Positions 9,105-18,573 of a stretch of 64,000 nucleotides of DNA are shown here, piece after piece; position 1 is the stretch's first letter; the number at the start of each line of letters is the position of its first letter. The stretch comes from Acholeplasma sp. (lineage in GTDB: Bacteria; Bacillota_I; Bacilli_A; Acholeplasmatales; UBA5453): positions 64,001 to 128,000 of the forward strand of contig JAVBWN010000030.1 in assembly GCA_036677365.1 (NCBI GenBank), written 5' to 3'. The notes below the pieces were generated by a model. The model searched no databases. It saw only the letters and a program-made list of their open reading frames with translations, and had not been told where the DNA came from. The translations under genes were made by a program, and so were the position numbers.

Positions 9105-10925
9105 ATGAAAATTTCGAAAACTGGTTTTACCAACATCATCCGTTGTAGCCGTTATGGTGCACTCGAAGAGATTTATCGTAAAAAAGGTGAAGCGATTGTC
9201 ACATTTTCTGAGGATATGGATGATCTGATGACAGCAGAAAACACCATCAAACGCGATGAGTTATTAAATGACATGTATGAAGGTGATGAAGACCTCATCG
9301 TGAAGGATGACAAACAACTCAATGTCATGATGACTTATTACAACGCCATTGAAGGTTTAACAGCCAAAGCGGTTAGAAACCAATTCCGTGGGTCATTCCA
9401 ATTCAATATGCTAGACACTTATAAGCAAAAACGTTTTGAAATGGAAAAAGATGGGTATCATTTTTATTGCTTCTTAGACGGTTTCTTACAACAAGAAGAT
9501 GGGTTTAAAGTCTTCGAAACCAAAGCGACCACCTCACGCAAATATTTAGACATGACCCACGACAAGGAATCCATGTTCGCCTTTTCACCTGAGGGCATTT
9601 TGATGCTCACCAAGGATTTGGGATTCCCAACAGATGACAAATACGAAAAGAAACTTCAAAAACTATTTGATCGATATTCGGATGAAGGCAGATATGTCTA
9701 TGACCTTGCATTTCAAAGATACATCATCGAACATAGTAAAGACGCACCATCTGGTAAACAAGGCTATTATTTAGCCGTTCTGAATAAAGACTATATATTC
9801 GATGGCAAGTACGATGAAAACAATCAACCTGTCTATGGGACAGACATCATGGTGATGGTTGATTTCACATCGATCACCGAACGTTACATGCCGATTATTG
9901 AAGCAGACATGGAAAAAGTCATAGCCTATTTAAACCATATGAATGCAAACCCTGTAGATTTAGGCAAACATTGTCAAAGAAAAGACCGTAAACAATGTCA
10001 GTTTTTCGACATCTGTTGGTCCAAAGTCCCAGAAAAAAACAGCATCCTCACCTACCTCAATAACCACAATGGATTCACCGATGAATATGGTGAAAAAAAA
10101 GACCGATATGACTTGATCAACGCAGGGATTGTGAATGCCTTAGACATCCCAGAATCTTGGCTAAAACGCGAAAATAACATCATTCAAAGACGCGTCATCG
10201 AAGACCAAATCCCTTATTACAACCATCGAAAAATCCGTGAAGGGATCTTAGAGTTAAGGTACCCCATTTACCATCTAGACTTCGAATCCTTCCCATGTCC
10301 ATTGCCTCGATTTAAAGGCGAAGGGCCTTATATGCAATCTCTATTTCAGTTTTCCATCCATGTAGAACACAAGCCCAATGTCTGTGATAAGGATCTCGAT
10401 AATTATGCATTTTTAGCGACCGACCACAGCGACCATCGAGAGGCTTTAATACAAAAGATGATCGACGTCATTAAACCCGATGGTGGGTCGGTATTGGTCT
10501 ATAACATCGCTTTTGAGAAAACCCGTATACACGAGTTAGCTAGGCTATTTCCTGCTTATAAGGATAGACTCATCGATATCGCGGACCGCTTATTTGACTT
10601 GATGGACATCGTTAAAGGCAACACGAAATTATACAAGAACCTTGGGTACGATGAAGAAGAAGCGAAAAAAATCAATTATTATCATAACGATTTAAATGGG
10701 TCGTATTCGATTAAGAAAGTCCTCCCATTATTCTCAAATCTAACCTACAAAGGGATGCCAGTCGCTAACGGGAATGACGCGATTGTTCAGTATGCCCAAT
10801 TGCCATTATATGACCCAGCAACGAAGGAAAGAGTGAAAAAAGACATGCTCGAATATTGTAAACAAGATACGTGGGCGATGGTCGAAATACTCCAACAATT
10901 GAGGACGATTGCTTCCGTTAGGTAA
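9105..10925 (+). CDS. DUF2779-type protein: PD-(D/E)xK (Cas4/RecB-like) nuclease fused to DEDD/RNase H-like domain
   Basis: ISKT..C N-terminus, LDG..FETK, DLAFQRY, CX7CX5C; C-terminal HLDFES, VYNIAFE, YSIKKVLP, YCKQDT. Confidence 0.75.
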   Translation: MKISKTGFTNIIRCSRYGALEEIYRKKGEAIVTFSEDMDDLMTAENTIKRDELLNDMYEGDEDLIVKDDKQLNVMMTYYNAIEGLTAKAVRNQFRGSFQFNMLDTYKQKRFEMEKDGYHFYCFLDGFLQQEDGFKVFETKATTSRKYLDMTHDKESMFAFSPEGILMLTKDLGFPTDDKYEKKLQKLFDRYSDEGRYVYDLAFQRYIIEHSKDAPSGKQGYYLAVLNKDYIFDGKYDENNQPVYGTDIMVMVDFTSITERYMPIIEADMEKVIAYLNHMNANPVDLGKHCQRKDRKQCQFFDICWSKVPEKNSILTYLNNHNGFTDEYGEKKDRYDLINAGIVNALDIPESWLKRENNIIQRRVIEDQIPYYNHRKIREGILELRYPIYHLDFESFPCPLPRFKGEGPYMQSLFQFSIHVEHKPNVCDKDLDNYAFLATDHSDHREALIQKMIDVIKPDGGSVLVYNIAFEKTRIHELARLFPAYKDRLIDIADRLFDLMDIVKGNTKLYKNLGYDEEEAKKINYYHNDLNGSYSIKKVLPLFSNLTYKGMPVANGNDAIVQYAQLPLYDPATKERVKKDMLEYCKQDTWAMVEILQQLRTIASVR

Positions 10926-11018
10926 TCCCTATATAAAGGGATTGTCTAATGATTTATAAGGGTCTATGCTTGTATTTATATACAATTTCAACTATAATTT
11001 ATCTAATGAGGTGAAACC

Positions 11019-12332
11019 TTGAATATTTTTAATTCCTTATCAGGAAAAGAAGAACTCTTTACCCCTGAAAAACCCAATGAAATCTCAATATATGTGTGCG
11101 GACCTACTGTATACAACTATATTCATATCGGCAACGCTAGACCAGTTGTTTTTTTCGATGTTGTTAAACGTTATTTCAAATACCTTGGCTATAAGGTGAC
11201 TTATGTTTCAAACATAACCGATGTGGATGATAAAATCATCGATGAAGCACAAAAGCTGAATATCGATGAAAAAGTCTTGACACAAACCTTCACAGAAGCG
11301 TTCATCAAAGACACGTTGGCACTGGGTAGTGATCTACCAGATTTGATGCCTAAAGCAACCAACTACATCACGGATATGATTTTTTACATCAATGATTTGA
11401 TCGAAAAAGGGTATGCATATCACCAAGGTGACTCGGTCTATTTTAGAGTCCAAAAAATTGGTAATTATGGCGCTTTATCGAAACAAGTTCTTGAAAACCT
11501 CAATGTTGGGGCGAGAATCGATGTCGATCAACAAAAAGAAACCCCGTTTGATTTTACCTTATGGAAACAAACCCAGGTTGGAATCGCTTTTGATTCGCCA
11601 TGGGGAAAAGGCAGACCCGGCTGGCACACCGAATGTGCGGTCATGAACCATTCGATTTTTAACCATAAAATAGATATCCATGGGGGTGGCTCGGATTTAA
11701 AATTCCCACACCACGAAAATGAAATGGCACAAAGTTGCGCCCATGACAATCACGAATTGGCCAACACTTGGATGCACGTTGGACGTCTGGATTTTGGTAG
11801 TGAAAAAATGAGTAAATCGATTGGAAATATCATCTTAGTCAAAGACCTACTTGAAAATTATGAGTACCAGTCCTATCGACTCTTATTGTTATCCCACCAT
11901 TACCGTCAACCCATCAATTACTCGGATGATTTGATGAAGCAATTCGACAACGAATGGCAACGCATCAAACGTGCGATGAAACAAGCCTTTGTCGATATTT
12001 CCATCCAAAGGTATTCCACCGTTGAAGTGAATTTGGATGCTTTAGAGAAATTCAGACAGGCGATGGATGATGATTTCAATATTTCAAACGTCATGACGGT
12101 TGTGTATGAAGCACTTAAGTCAATGAACCGCTCTAAGGACATCAAAGAAATCGCCCGCCATTACCATACCATCACACTGATCTTATCCGTTTTAGGCATT
12201 AAGATGGACTTATTGCCATTATCTGATGAGCAAATTGAACGCTACCAAGCGTGGCAACAAGCGCGTGCAGAAAAACGTTACAGTGATGCCGACCGTATCC
12301 GTATGGAACTTGTGGATTTGGGATTACTATAA
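11019..12332 (+). CDS. cysS: Cysteine--tRNA ligase
   Basis: YVCGPTVY, HIGN, GRPGWHTEC, DIHGGGSDL, KMSKS; TTG start with GAGGTG RBS. Confidence 0.97.
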   Translation: MNIFNSLSGKEELFTPEKPNEISIYVCGPTVYNYIHIGNARPVVFFDVVKRYFKYLGYKVTYVSNITDVDDKIIDEAQKLNIDEKVLTQTFTEAFIKDTLALGSDLPDLMPKATNYITDMIFYINDLIEKGYAYHQGDSVYFRVQKIGNYGALSKQVLENLNVGARIDVDQQKETPFDFTLWKQTQVGIAFDSPWGKGRPGWHTECAVMNHSIFNHKIDIHGGGSDLKFPHHENEMAQSCAHDNHELANTWMHVGRLDFGSEKMSKSIGNIILVKDLLENYEYQSYRLLLLSHHYRQPINYSDDLMKQFDNEWQRIKRAMKQAFVDISIQRYSTVEVNLDALEKFRQAMDDDFNISNVMTVVYEALKSMNRSKDIKEIARHYHTITLILSVLGIKMDLLPLSDEQIERYQAWQQARAEKRYSDADRIRMELVDLGLL

Positions 12333-12715
12333 TGGAAGCACATTTGATCAATGGGGTTGCTTTAGCGTACATCGGTGATGCGTATTATGAATTACGTATC
12401 CGAAAGTATTTGTTGTCTTTGGGTATCACCAAAGTGAATGAATTACATAAATCAGCCATTAAATATACCGCAGGGGCAGTTCAAGCCAACTTGATGGATA
12501 CTTTCATCGAAAGAAATCTATTGACAGAAACAGAAATCAACTATTTTAAAAAAGGTCGTAACGCGTCTGGCCCAGGTCGTAAAAATATCGATATGGCTAC
12601 ATACCATAAATCGACAGGGTTCGAGTCAATGATGGGGTATTTATACTTAACAGATATCCATCGTTGTGATCAATTGATAGACCAAGCCATTCAAATCTTA
12701 TCAGAAAAGGTGTGA
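12332..12715 (+). CDS. mrnC: Mini-ribonuclease III
   Basis: LAYIGDAYYE, KGRN, YHKSTGFE; position after cysS. Confidence 0.93.
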   Translation: MEAHLINGVALAYIGDAYYELRIRKYLLSLGITKVNELHKSAIKYTAGAVQANLMDTFIERNLLTETEINYFKKGRNASGPGRKNIDMATYHKSTGFESMMGYLYLTDIHRCDQLIDQAIQILSEKV

Positions 12716-15186
12716 TTCCATTGGAAGACATTAAACCAAGAAAGAAAACCAAAAAAGAATTGAGAAATGTCGTTGAAGTGGTTAGAGTGAACCCTGAAAT
12801 TGAACAGGGGTTAACTTACCAACAAGTCGAAGAAAGGATTTTGGCTGGATTATCCAACAAAGTATCCTCAGGGTCGACAAAAACCGTGCCTTCAATCATC
12901 ATCTCCAACATCATGACGTTATTCAACCTCATGAATATTGGGATTGCGACATGGCTCATCACGGTCGGTGCTTTTAAGGACCTGTTTTTCATTGTGATTG
13001 TATCTTTAAACGTGGGTATTGGTATTTTCCAAGAAATTAGAGCGAAGAAAACCATCGATAAATTATCGTTATTGTCCGCACCGACAGGTGTGGTTTTACG
13101 CGATGGCGAAGAACAAGAAATCATGATTTCCGACTTGGTCATCGACGATTTGATGAATCTCACCACAGGCAAACAAATCAGTGCTGACTCTGTGGTTAGA
13201 GAAGGACAAATCGAAGTCAATGAATCTTTGTTAACCGGGGAGTCTGATCCGATTGTTAAAAAAGTAGGTGACGATTTATTTTCTGGGTCGTTTGTGGTTT
13301 CAGGGCATTGTATTGCCCAAGTGACCAAAATAGGTAAAGAATCTTATATAGAAAACCTAGCTAAACAAGCCAAGAAATACCGTAAACCAAAATCGGATTT
13401 ATTAAAATCATTAAGAAACATCATCCGTACCGTTGGGTTTTTAATCATCCCAATTGGTGGGACTTTATTCTATATGCAACTCCATGGGGGTGCAGCTTAT
13501 AATGATGCTGTTCGAGGCGTCGCTGGCGCGGTCATCGGGATGATTCCATCCGGATTATTCCTGCTCACCTCTGTCACATTGGCGGTTGGGGTGCTCAGAC
13601 TTGCTCAAAACAATACCCTGGTTCAAGAACTCTACTGTATTGAGATGTTGGCGCGTATCGATACTTTGTGCCTAGACAAAACAGGTACAATCACAGATGG
13701 GACAATGGCAGTTAAAAACGTCATTGAATATGTCAACCCATCGGGGTTACCAATAAAAAAAGCCATCCCAACGATGATGGCATCACTCGAAGAAAAGAAT
13801 TTAACCTCTGAAGCTTTGGAACAAAAATTTGGGACGACCAAACGCATTAAAACCAAGGCCATCATTCCATTTTCAAGTGCGAGAAAACTGTCCGCGGTAG
13901 AATTTGAAAAGTATGGTACATTCGCTTTAGGCGCACCTGAGTTTGTCTTGAAAAAAGACGCTTACTTAGAAGTGGCTGCCGATGTTGAAAAGAATGCCAA
14001 AGAAGGTTACCGCGTCATCGCGATTGCCCACTCTGCGCAGTCAATCGATGGCGATAAATTGCCAGCAGACATCAAAGCGATTGGTTTGGTGGTCATCGAA
14101 GATACCATCCGTCCGGATGCGATTCTAACGATTGAGTATTTTAAAACCCACAACGTGGATGTCAAGGTCATCTCTGGGGACAACCCAATGACCGTGGCAC
14201 ACATATCCAAACGTGCAGGGATCACCGACGCCGATAAATTCATCAGTCTTGAAGGGGTATCGGACAAAGATGTCATCCGCTTCGCTGATAAATATACCGT
14301 ATTTGGCCGTGTTTCACCTTCTCAGAAAAAACTGCTCATCGAATCCTTGAAACGAAGCGGCAGAACCGTCGCGATGACAGGCGATGGTGTCAATGATATT
14401 TTAGCGTTAAAAGAAGCGGATACATCCATCGCGATGGCTTCTGGTAGTGAAGCGGCGCGTAACGTTTCTCACTTAGTCTTGATGGACTCCAATTTCTCAT
14501 CGATGCCTAAGGTTGTAAATGAAGGCCGTAGGGTCATCAACAACGTTCAAAGGGTTGCCATTCTATTCTTAACCAAAACCATTTTCTCATTCATGTTATC
14601 GATGGTTGCGATATTGTCTAGAGGTATTTATCCAATCACCCCTTCACAGTTGTCGATGATTGACTTCTTAGTCATCGGGTTACCATCGTTCTTCCTAGCG
14701 CTTGAACCCAACACCAATCAAGTCAAGGGACGTTTCTTACTCAACGTTTTAAAACGTGCGTTGCCGGGTGCATTGGTAGTTGTCATTAACGTTTTGATCA
14801 TATTTGCTTTAACCCCAATTTTACAAATTGATAAAACCCAATCATCCACTTTAATTGTCATTTCTGCGACATTTACAGCGATGATGGTATTATTGCGTGT
14901 GCTTAGACCGATGAATGCGGTTCGAACGTCGCTCTTCGTAGTGATGTTTACAGCGTTCATTGCTGCCACCATATTTGCACCAGATTTCTTTGAGTTTAAC
15001 TCATTCTTTAGAGATTATTATTCATCCTCTACTGGGGCCTTGGTACCAAGATTACCTGTAGAACACATCTTGTTGTTGATTGTGTTAGTTCAAACCGCTT
15101 ATCCTGCGATGGGTATCATCGCCAATATTCCAGGGTACATTTCAAAAGCCATTAAATTTGTCTTGATGAAATTATCCAGCATTTAA
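12712..15186 (+). CDS. P-type ATPase (CtpE-like family)
   Basis: LTGES, DKTGT phosphorylation site, SGDN, GDGVND; about 10 TM segments. Confidence 0.9.
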   Translation: MIPLEDIKPRKKTKKELRNVVEVVRVNPEIEQGLTYQQVEERILAGLSNKVSSGSTKTVPSIIISNIMTLFNLMNIGIATWLITVGAFKDLFFIVIVSLNVGIGIFQEIRAKKTIDKLSLLSAPTGVVLRDGEEQEIMISDLVIDDLMNLTTGKQISADSVVREGQIEVNESLLTGESDPIVKKVGDDLFSGSFVVSGHCIAQVTKIGKESYIENLAKQAKKYRKPKSDLLKSLRNIIRTVGFLIIPIGGTLFYMQLHGGAAYNDAVRGVAGAVIGMIPSGLFLLTSVTLAVGVLRLAQNNTLVQELYCIEMLARIDTLCLDKTGTITDGTMAVKNVIEYVNPSGLPIKKAIPTMMASLEEKNLTSEALEQKFGTTKRIKTKAIIPFSSARKLSAVEFEKYGTFALGAPEFVLKKDAYLEVAADVEKNAKEGYRVIAIAHSAQSIDGDKLPADIKAIGLVVIEDTIRPDAILTIEYFKTHNVDVKVISGDNPMTVAHISKRAGITDADKFISLEGVSDKDVIRFADKYTVFGRVSPSQKKLLIESLKRSGRTVAMTGDGVNDILALKEADTSIAMASGSEAARNVSHLVLMDSNFSSMPKVVNEGRRVINNVQRVAILFLTKTIFSFMLSMVAILSRGIYPITPSQLSMIDFLVIGLPSFFLALEPNTNQVKGRFLLNVLKRALPGALVVVINVLIIFALTPILQIDKTQSSTLIVISATFTAMMVLLRVLRPMNAVRTSLFVVMFTAFIAATIFAPDFFEFNSFFRDYYSSSTGALVPRLPVEHILLLIVLVQTAYPAMGIIANIPGYISKAIKFVLMKLSSI

Positions 15187-15218
15187 AGTAAAAATTTGGT
15201 CGAGGGGGTATATATATA

Positions 15219-15914
15219 ATGATCATTTACGGTAAAAACACAGTAAAAGAAGCGATTCTTGCTAAAAGACCCGTCTACCAAGTATGGCTCGATGAAAAGA
15301 AAACAGATTTTAAATGGGTACCATTTCTCAATGAGCACCAAATCAAGTACCAGTTGGTATCCAAACATCAACTAAACGAAAAAACCGACAATCAAAACCA
15401 TCAAGGGATCGTGGCGGATGTCAAACCTTATGAATACGCCGATTTGAATGTGCTATTCGATGGTTTAAAGAAAAAAGTATTGATTCTAGACCAAATCGAA
15501 GACCCACACAATTTAGGTGCGATTTTAAGAAGTGTAGAAGCAACCAAAATCGATGCCGTGATTCTTCCGAAGAATCGTAGTGTTGACATCACAGGAACAG
15601 TAGCGAAAACCGCCGTTGGCGCGTTAGAATACACCACCCTCATCCAAGTGACCAACCTCACTCAAACCATTGAAAAACTCAAACAACACGGTTTTTGGGT
15701 CGTTGGTACAGACATGGTGGCGGATAAGACATATAAGGATATCGACACCTCTACTTCAGTAGCGGTGGTGATTGGAAATGAAGGTGAAGGTATTTCAAGA
15801 CTTGTGAAACAGTCTTGTGATTACTTGGTCACCATCCCGATGATTGGAAAGGTAAACTCATTAAATGCCAGTGTTGCCGCGGCACTGATATTATATAAGC
15901 TTGCAGAACTTTAG
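15219..15914 (+). CDS. rlmB: 23S rRNA G2251 2'-O-methyltransferase RlmB
   Basis: HQGIVA, DPHNLGAILRS, GNEGEG, SLNASVAA. Confidence 0.93.
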   Translation: MIIYGKNTVKEAILAKRPVYQVWLDEKKTDFKWVPFLNEHQIKYQLVSKHQLNEKTDNQNHQGIVADVKPYEYADLNVLFDGLKKKVLILDQIEDPHNLGAILRSVEATKIDAVILPKNRSVDITGTVAKTAVGALEYTTLIQVTNLTQTIEKLKQHGFWVVGTDMVADKTYKDIDTSTSVAVVIGNEGEGISRLVKQSCDYLVTIPMIGKVNSLNASVAAALILYKLAEL

Positions 15915-15922
15915 GAGGATAC

Positions 15923-16453
15923 ATGTCATACAAAGCCTATAATGATTATGAACTAATTTATATGGTTCAAGATCAACAGGACATGATGGCTTTAGACATA
16001 CTGTTTACTAAATACGACAAGTTCATACACAAGAAAATCAGCCAGTTCTATATCTTTGATAGTGAACGGGATGATTTTTATCAAGAAGGCTTGATTAGCC
16101 TGCATAAGGCAATCATGTCATTCAAAGACACGTATAATAAAACGTTCATGCGGTATTTCGAAACCGTCTTAGAACGCAAATTCATCAATTTGAATCAAAA
16201 ACGGAAAAGGTATCATCAAGAGATGGATCATTTGGTCAATGAAGCCAAATATATGCCAATTTGTGTTGAAGAAACCCCACCCGAACATTACCAAAAACAA
16301 GTGTTCAAATCCGCTCTAGAAGAGGCGATCTATGACGCCTATTTTAGAGAAAACCAAAAGATTCCCTCGATTGCGAGAACGTATCAACTTGACCCAAAGC
16401 AAGTTTATAACGCTATTTATCGGATTAAGAAAAAGCTAACACAAACACCCTAA
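15923..16453 (+). CDS. sigH: Alternative sigma factor, SigH/ComX-like
   Basis: Region 2 DDFYQEGLISLHKAIMSF; region 4 KQVYNAIYRIKKKL; occupies the rlmB-sigH-rpmG locus. Confidence 0.75.
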   Translation: MSYKAYNDYELIYMVQDQQDMMALDILFTKYDKFIHKKISQFYIFDSERDDFYQEGLISLHKAIMSFKDTYNKTFMRYFETVLERKFINLNQKRKRYHQEMDHLVNEAKYMPICVEETPPEHYQKQVFKSALEEAIYDAYFRENQKIPSIARTYQLDPKQVYNAIYRIKKKLTQTP

Positions 16454-16529
16454 ATGGTGTATAATATATTGACTAAGGTGATGTGTCATGTTAAAATACA
16501 TGTGCACTAACCACAGAGGTGGTTTTTTT

Positions 16530-16679
16530 ATGCGAGAAAAAGTGATTTTAATTTGTGAGGAATGTTTAAGTCGTAATTACCAAACGACCAAGAATAAAGC
16601 CGTTCAAAAAGAACGTCTTGAAATCAAGAAGTTTTGTGTGAAGTGTAACAAACATACCCTACATAAAGAAAGTAAATAG
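16530..16679 (+). CDS. rpmG: 50S ribosomal protein L33 (Zn-binding type)
   Basis: [24 protein letters not shown]. Confidence 0.96.
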   Translation: MREKVILICEECLSRNYQTTKNKAVQKERLEIKKFCVKCNKHTLHKESK

Positions 16680-16691
16680 GAGGCTATTATT

Positions 16692-17102
16692 ATGGCAGTC
16701 AAACAAAAAGCTACAGAACAAAAGAGTAAGTTAATTGAAGTATTGACCACTGAGTACAGATGGGAAAATTTACTACTTGGTATTCTAGCGTCTTTATCCC
16801 TAGCATTATCCATTATGATTTTAAGTGGTATTTTAACCACAGAAGATGGTCCAATCCCACTGATTTCAGACTATCCTAATTTATTTGCAGGTATTTTATT
16901 GGGTATTTCCATCATTGGTTTGTTACTCGTCATCTATCCATTCTTCGTACCAGCTGTACCAGAATTGAAGAAAATGTCTTGGCCAACTTGGGCAGTCTAT
17001 TTAGATGCGAGCGTACGTGTACTCATTTTCGTTATTTTCTTCGCAGCGCTGTTCTTCGGCTTCGACTTACTCATCGCTAATATTACAGGGAACTTATTCT
17101 AA
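16692..17102 (+). CDS. secE: Preprotein translocase SecE (3-TM form)
   Basis: ELKKMSWPT motif followed by a TM helix; lies between rpmG and nusG. Confidence 0.88.
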   Translation: MAVKQKATEQKSKLIEVLTTEYRWENLLLGILASLSLALSIMILSGILTTEDGPIPLISDYPNLFAGILLGISIIGLLLVIYPFFVPAVPELKKMSWPTWAVYLDASVRVLIFVIFFAALFFGFDLLIANITGNLF

Positions 17103-17644
17103 TGGTAGATCCGCGTCGCTGGTATATCGTGCAAACCTATTCCGGTTACGAATCGTCTGTCAAGGAAGACCTTGAGCGTCGTATCGAATCGATGGGGATG
17201 CAAAACCTAATTTTTAGAGTGGTTTTGCCTGAAGAAACTTATATTGAAAAAGATAAGAATGGCAATCCAAAAGAGAAAGTTAGAAAGATGTTTCCAGGGT
17301 ATGTCTTTGTTGAAATGATCATCACAGACGATTCTTGGCACGTCATTCGTAATACACCAAAAGTAACAGGCTTCTTAGGGTCTTCTGGTGGTCGTACCAA
17401 ACCAGTACCACTCCCACAAGATGAAATCAATGCCATCCTACTTAAGGTGGGCATCATTGAAAAGCCAACATTCAAACACCCAATTGGGTCTACTGTCAAC
17501 ATCATTGCAGGTCCATTTACAGGCCAATCCGGTCAGGTGGTTTCCTTTGACAACGACAAAGAAACCGTCACCATTTCCATTGAAATTTTCGGTCGTGGTA
17601 CCCCAACAGAGTTATCATTCGATCAAGTCGAAAATCAAAAGTGA
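17102..17644 (+). CDS. nusG: Transcription factor NusG
   Basis: WYIVQTYSGYE, FPGYVFVEM, RNTPKVTGF, KOW motif, IFGRGTP. Confidence 0.97.
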   Translation: MVDPRRWYIVQTYSGYESSVKEDLERRIESMGMQNLIFRVVLPEETYIEKDKNGNPKEKVRKMFPGYVFVEMIITDDSWHVIRNTPKVTGFLGSSGGRTKPVPLPQDEINAILLKVGIIEKPTFKHPIGSTVNIIAGPFTGQSGQVVSFDNDKETVTISIEIFGRGTPTELSFDQVENQK

Positions 17645-17666
17645 GTCCTCGCAGACTCACTTTTTT
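17637..17666. terminator. Bidirectional terminator between nusG and the VOC gene
   Basis: AAAAGTGAGTC-ctcgca-GACTCACTTTTT. Confidence 0.8.
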
Positions 17667-18499
17667 ATATTTAATATGACACCATCAGGATCTTGGGTAT
17701 TAATGACACCTGAATTGTAGACATACGGTACGTTCAAAGCGGTTAAACCTTGAATGATATTCTCTAGATTTTCATCGGTTCCTACCGCATAAGTCACATC
17801 CACCAAGCCAACAGAATCTGCCCTGGCTTGGATGGGTTTAGCCCAGGTATTTAAAGCCAGATGGTGGTGGTATTGTTTTGAAGATAAAAAGTGTGCACTA
17901 TGGACATTTAAGATCAAATCATAGCCAAATACTTTTTGGTAAAATTCAGAACTCTTTTTTAAATTCATGGTATGTTGGTGCATGTGTCCGAGTATGGTTT
18001 TTGGATCTATCTTATTAAACTGTGTTGGATTCGCACGAAGGTAATAATCATAATCAAAAGGTTGGTTTTCAATCTTTTCTGGATGGGTATCGATGTCTTT
18101 CCAATAGGTAGGGTCGGTATCCACATATAATTCAATGCCATTACCATCCGGGTCATCTAAATAAAGCGCGTCCGATATCCCATGATTCGCACCACCGGTA
18201 ATCGGGTATTTGTTTTTCGCGATATGGTACACCAACTGAGCAAGGGCTTGTTTGTTCGGTAATAAATAAGCGACATGATATAACCCTTGAACGGGCTGTC
18301 TTGGTGAAGCGTTTAAATCAATCAACGTCTTCAAAATAATATCCTTACCATTAATGGTATAATAAATGTGGTTATCGGTCTCTTCGTAGACTGAAAAGCC
18401 TAAGATTTCAGTATAAAAAAATTTAGATTTATCGACATTACGAATTTTTAATGACAGCGATACAGGATGAATCGCGTCTCCGATATGGTATTTACTCAT
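17657..18499 (-). CDS. VOC family ring-cleavage dioxygenase (CatE/MhqE-like)
   Basis: GLYHVAYLLP, HGISDALYLDDPDGNGIELY, GHMH, YHHHLALNTW. Confidence 0.88.
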   Translation of the reverse strand: MSKYHIGDAIHPVSLSLKIRNVDKSKFFYTEILGFSVYEETDNHIYYTINGKDIILKTLIDLNASPRQPVQGLYHVAYLLPNKQALAQLVYHIAKNKYPITGGANHGISDALYLDDPDGNGIELYVDTDPTYWKDIDTHPEKIENQPFDYDYYLRANPTQFNKIDPKTILGHMHQHTMNLKKSSEFYQKVFGYDLILNVHSAHFLSSKQYHHHLALNTWAKPIQARADSVGLVDVTYAVGTDENLENIIQGLTALNVPYVYNSGVINTQDPDGVILNIKK

Positions 18500-18529
18500 A
18501 ATCTATCACCTCTGATGGTTATACTATAT

Positions 18530-18550
18530 CATTTCGAATTCGAAATAAAA
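18530..18550. promoter_or_regulatory. Candidate MhqR-type (MarR) operator
   Basis: Perfect 16-bp palindrome ATTTCGAATTCGAAAT (18531-18546) upstream of the VOC gene. Confidence 0.6.
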
Positions 18551-18573
18551 AGCGATTTGCTTGAAGGAGCTAT

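Noticed and set aside
8962..11018. CRISPR array or cas operon around the Cas4-like nuclease
   Set aside because: Flanks are under 150 nt with no repeat-spacer pattern, and no cas1/cas2 is present.
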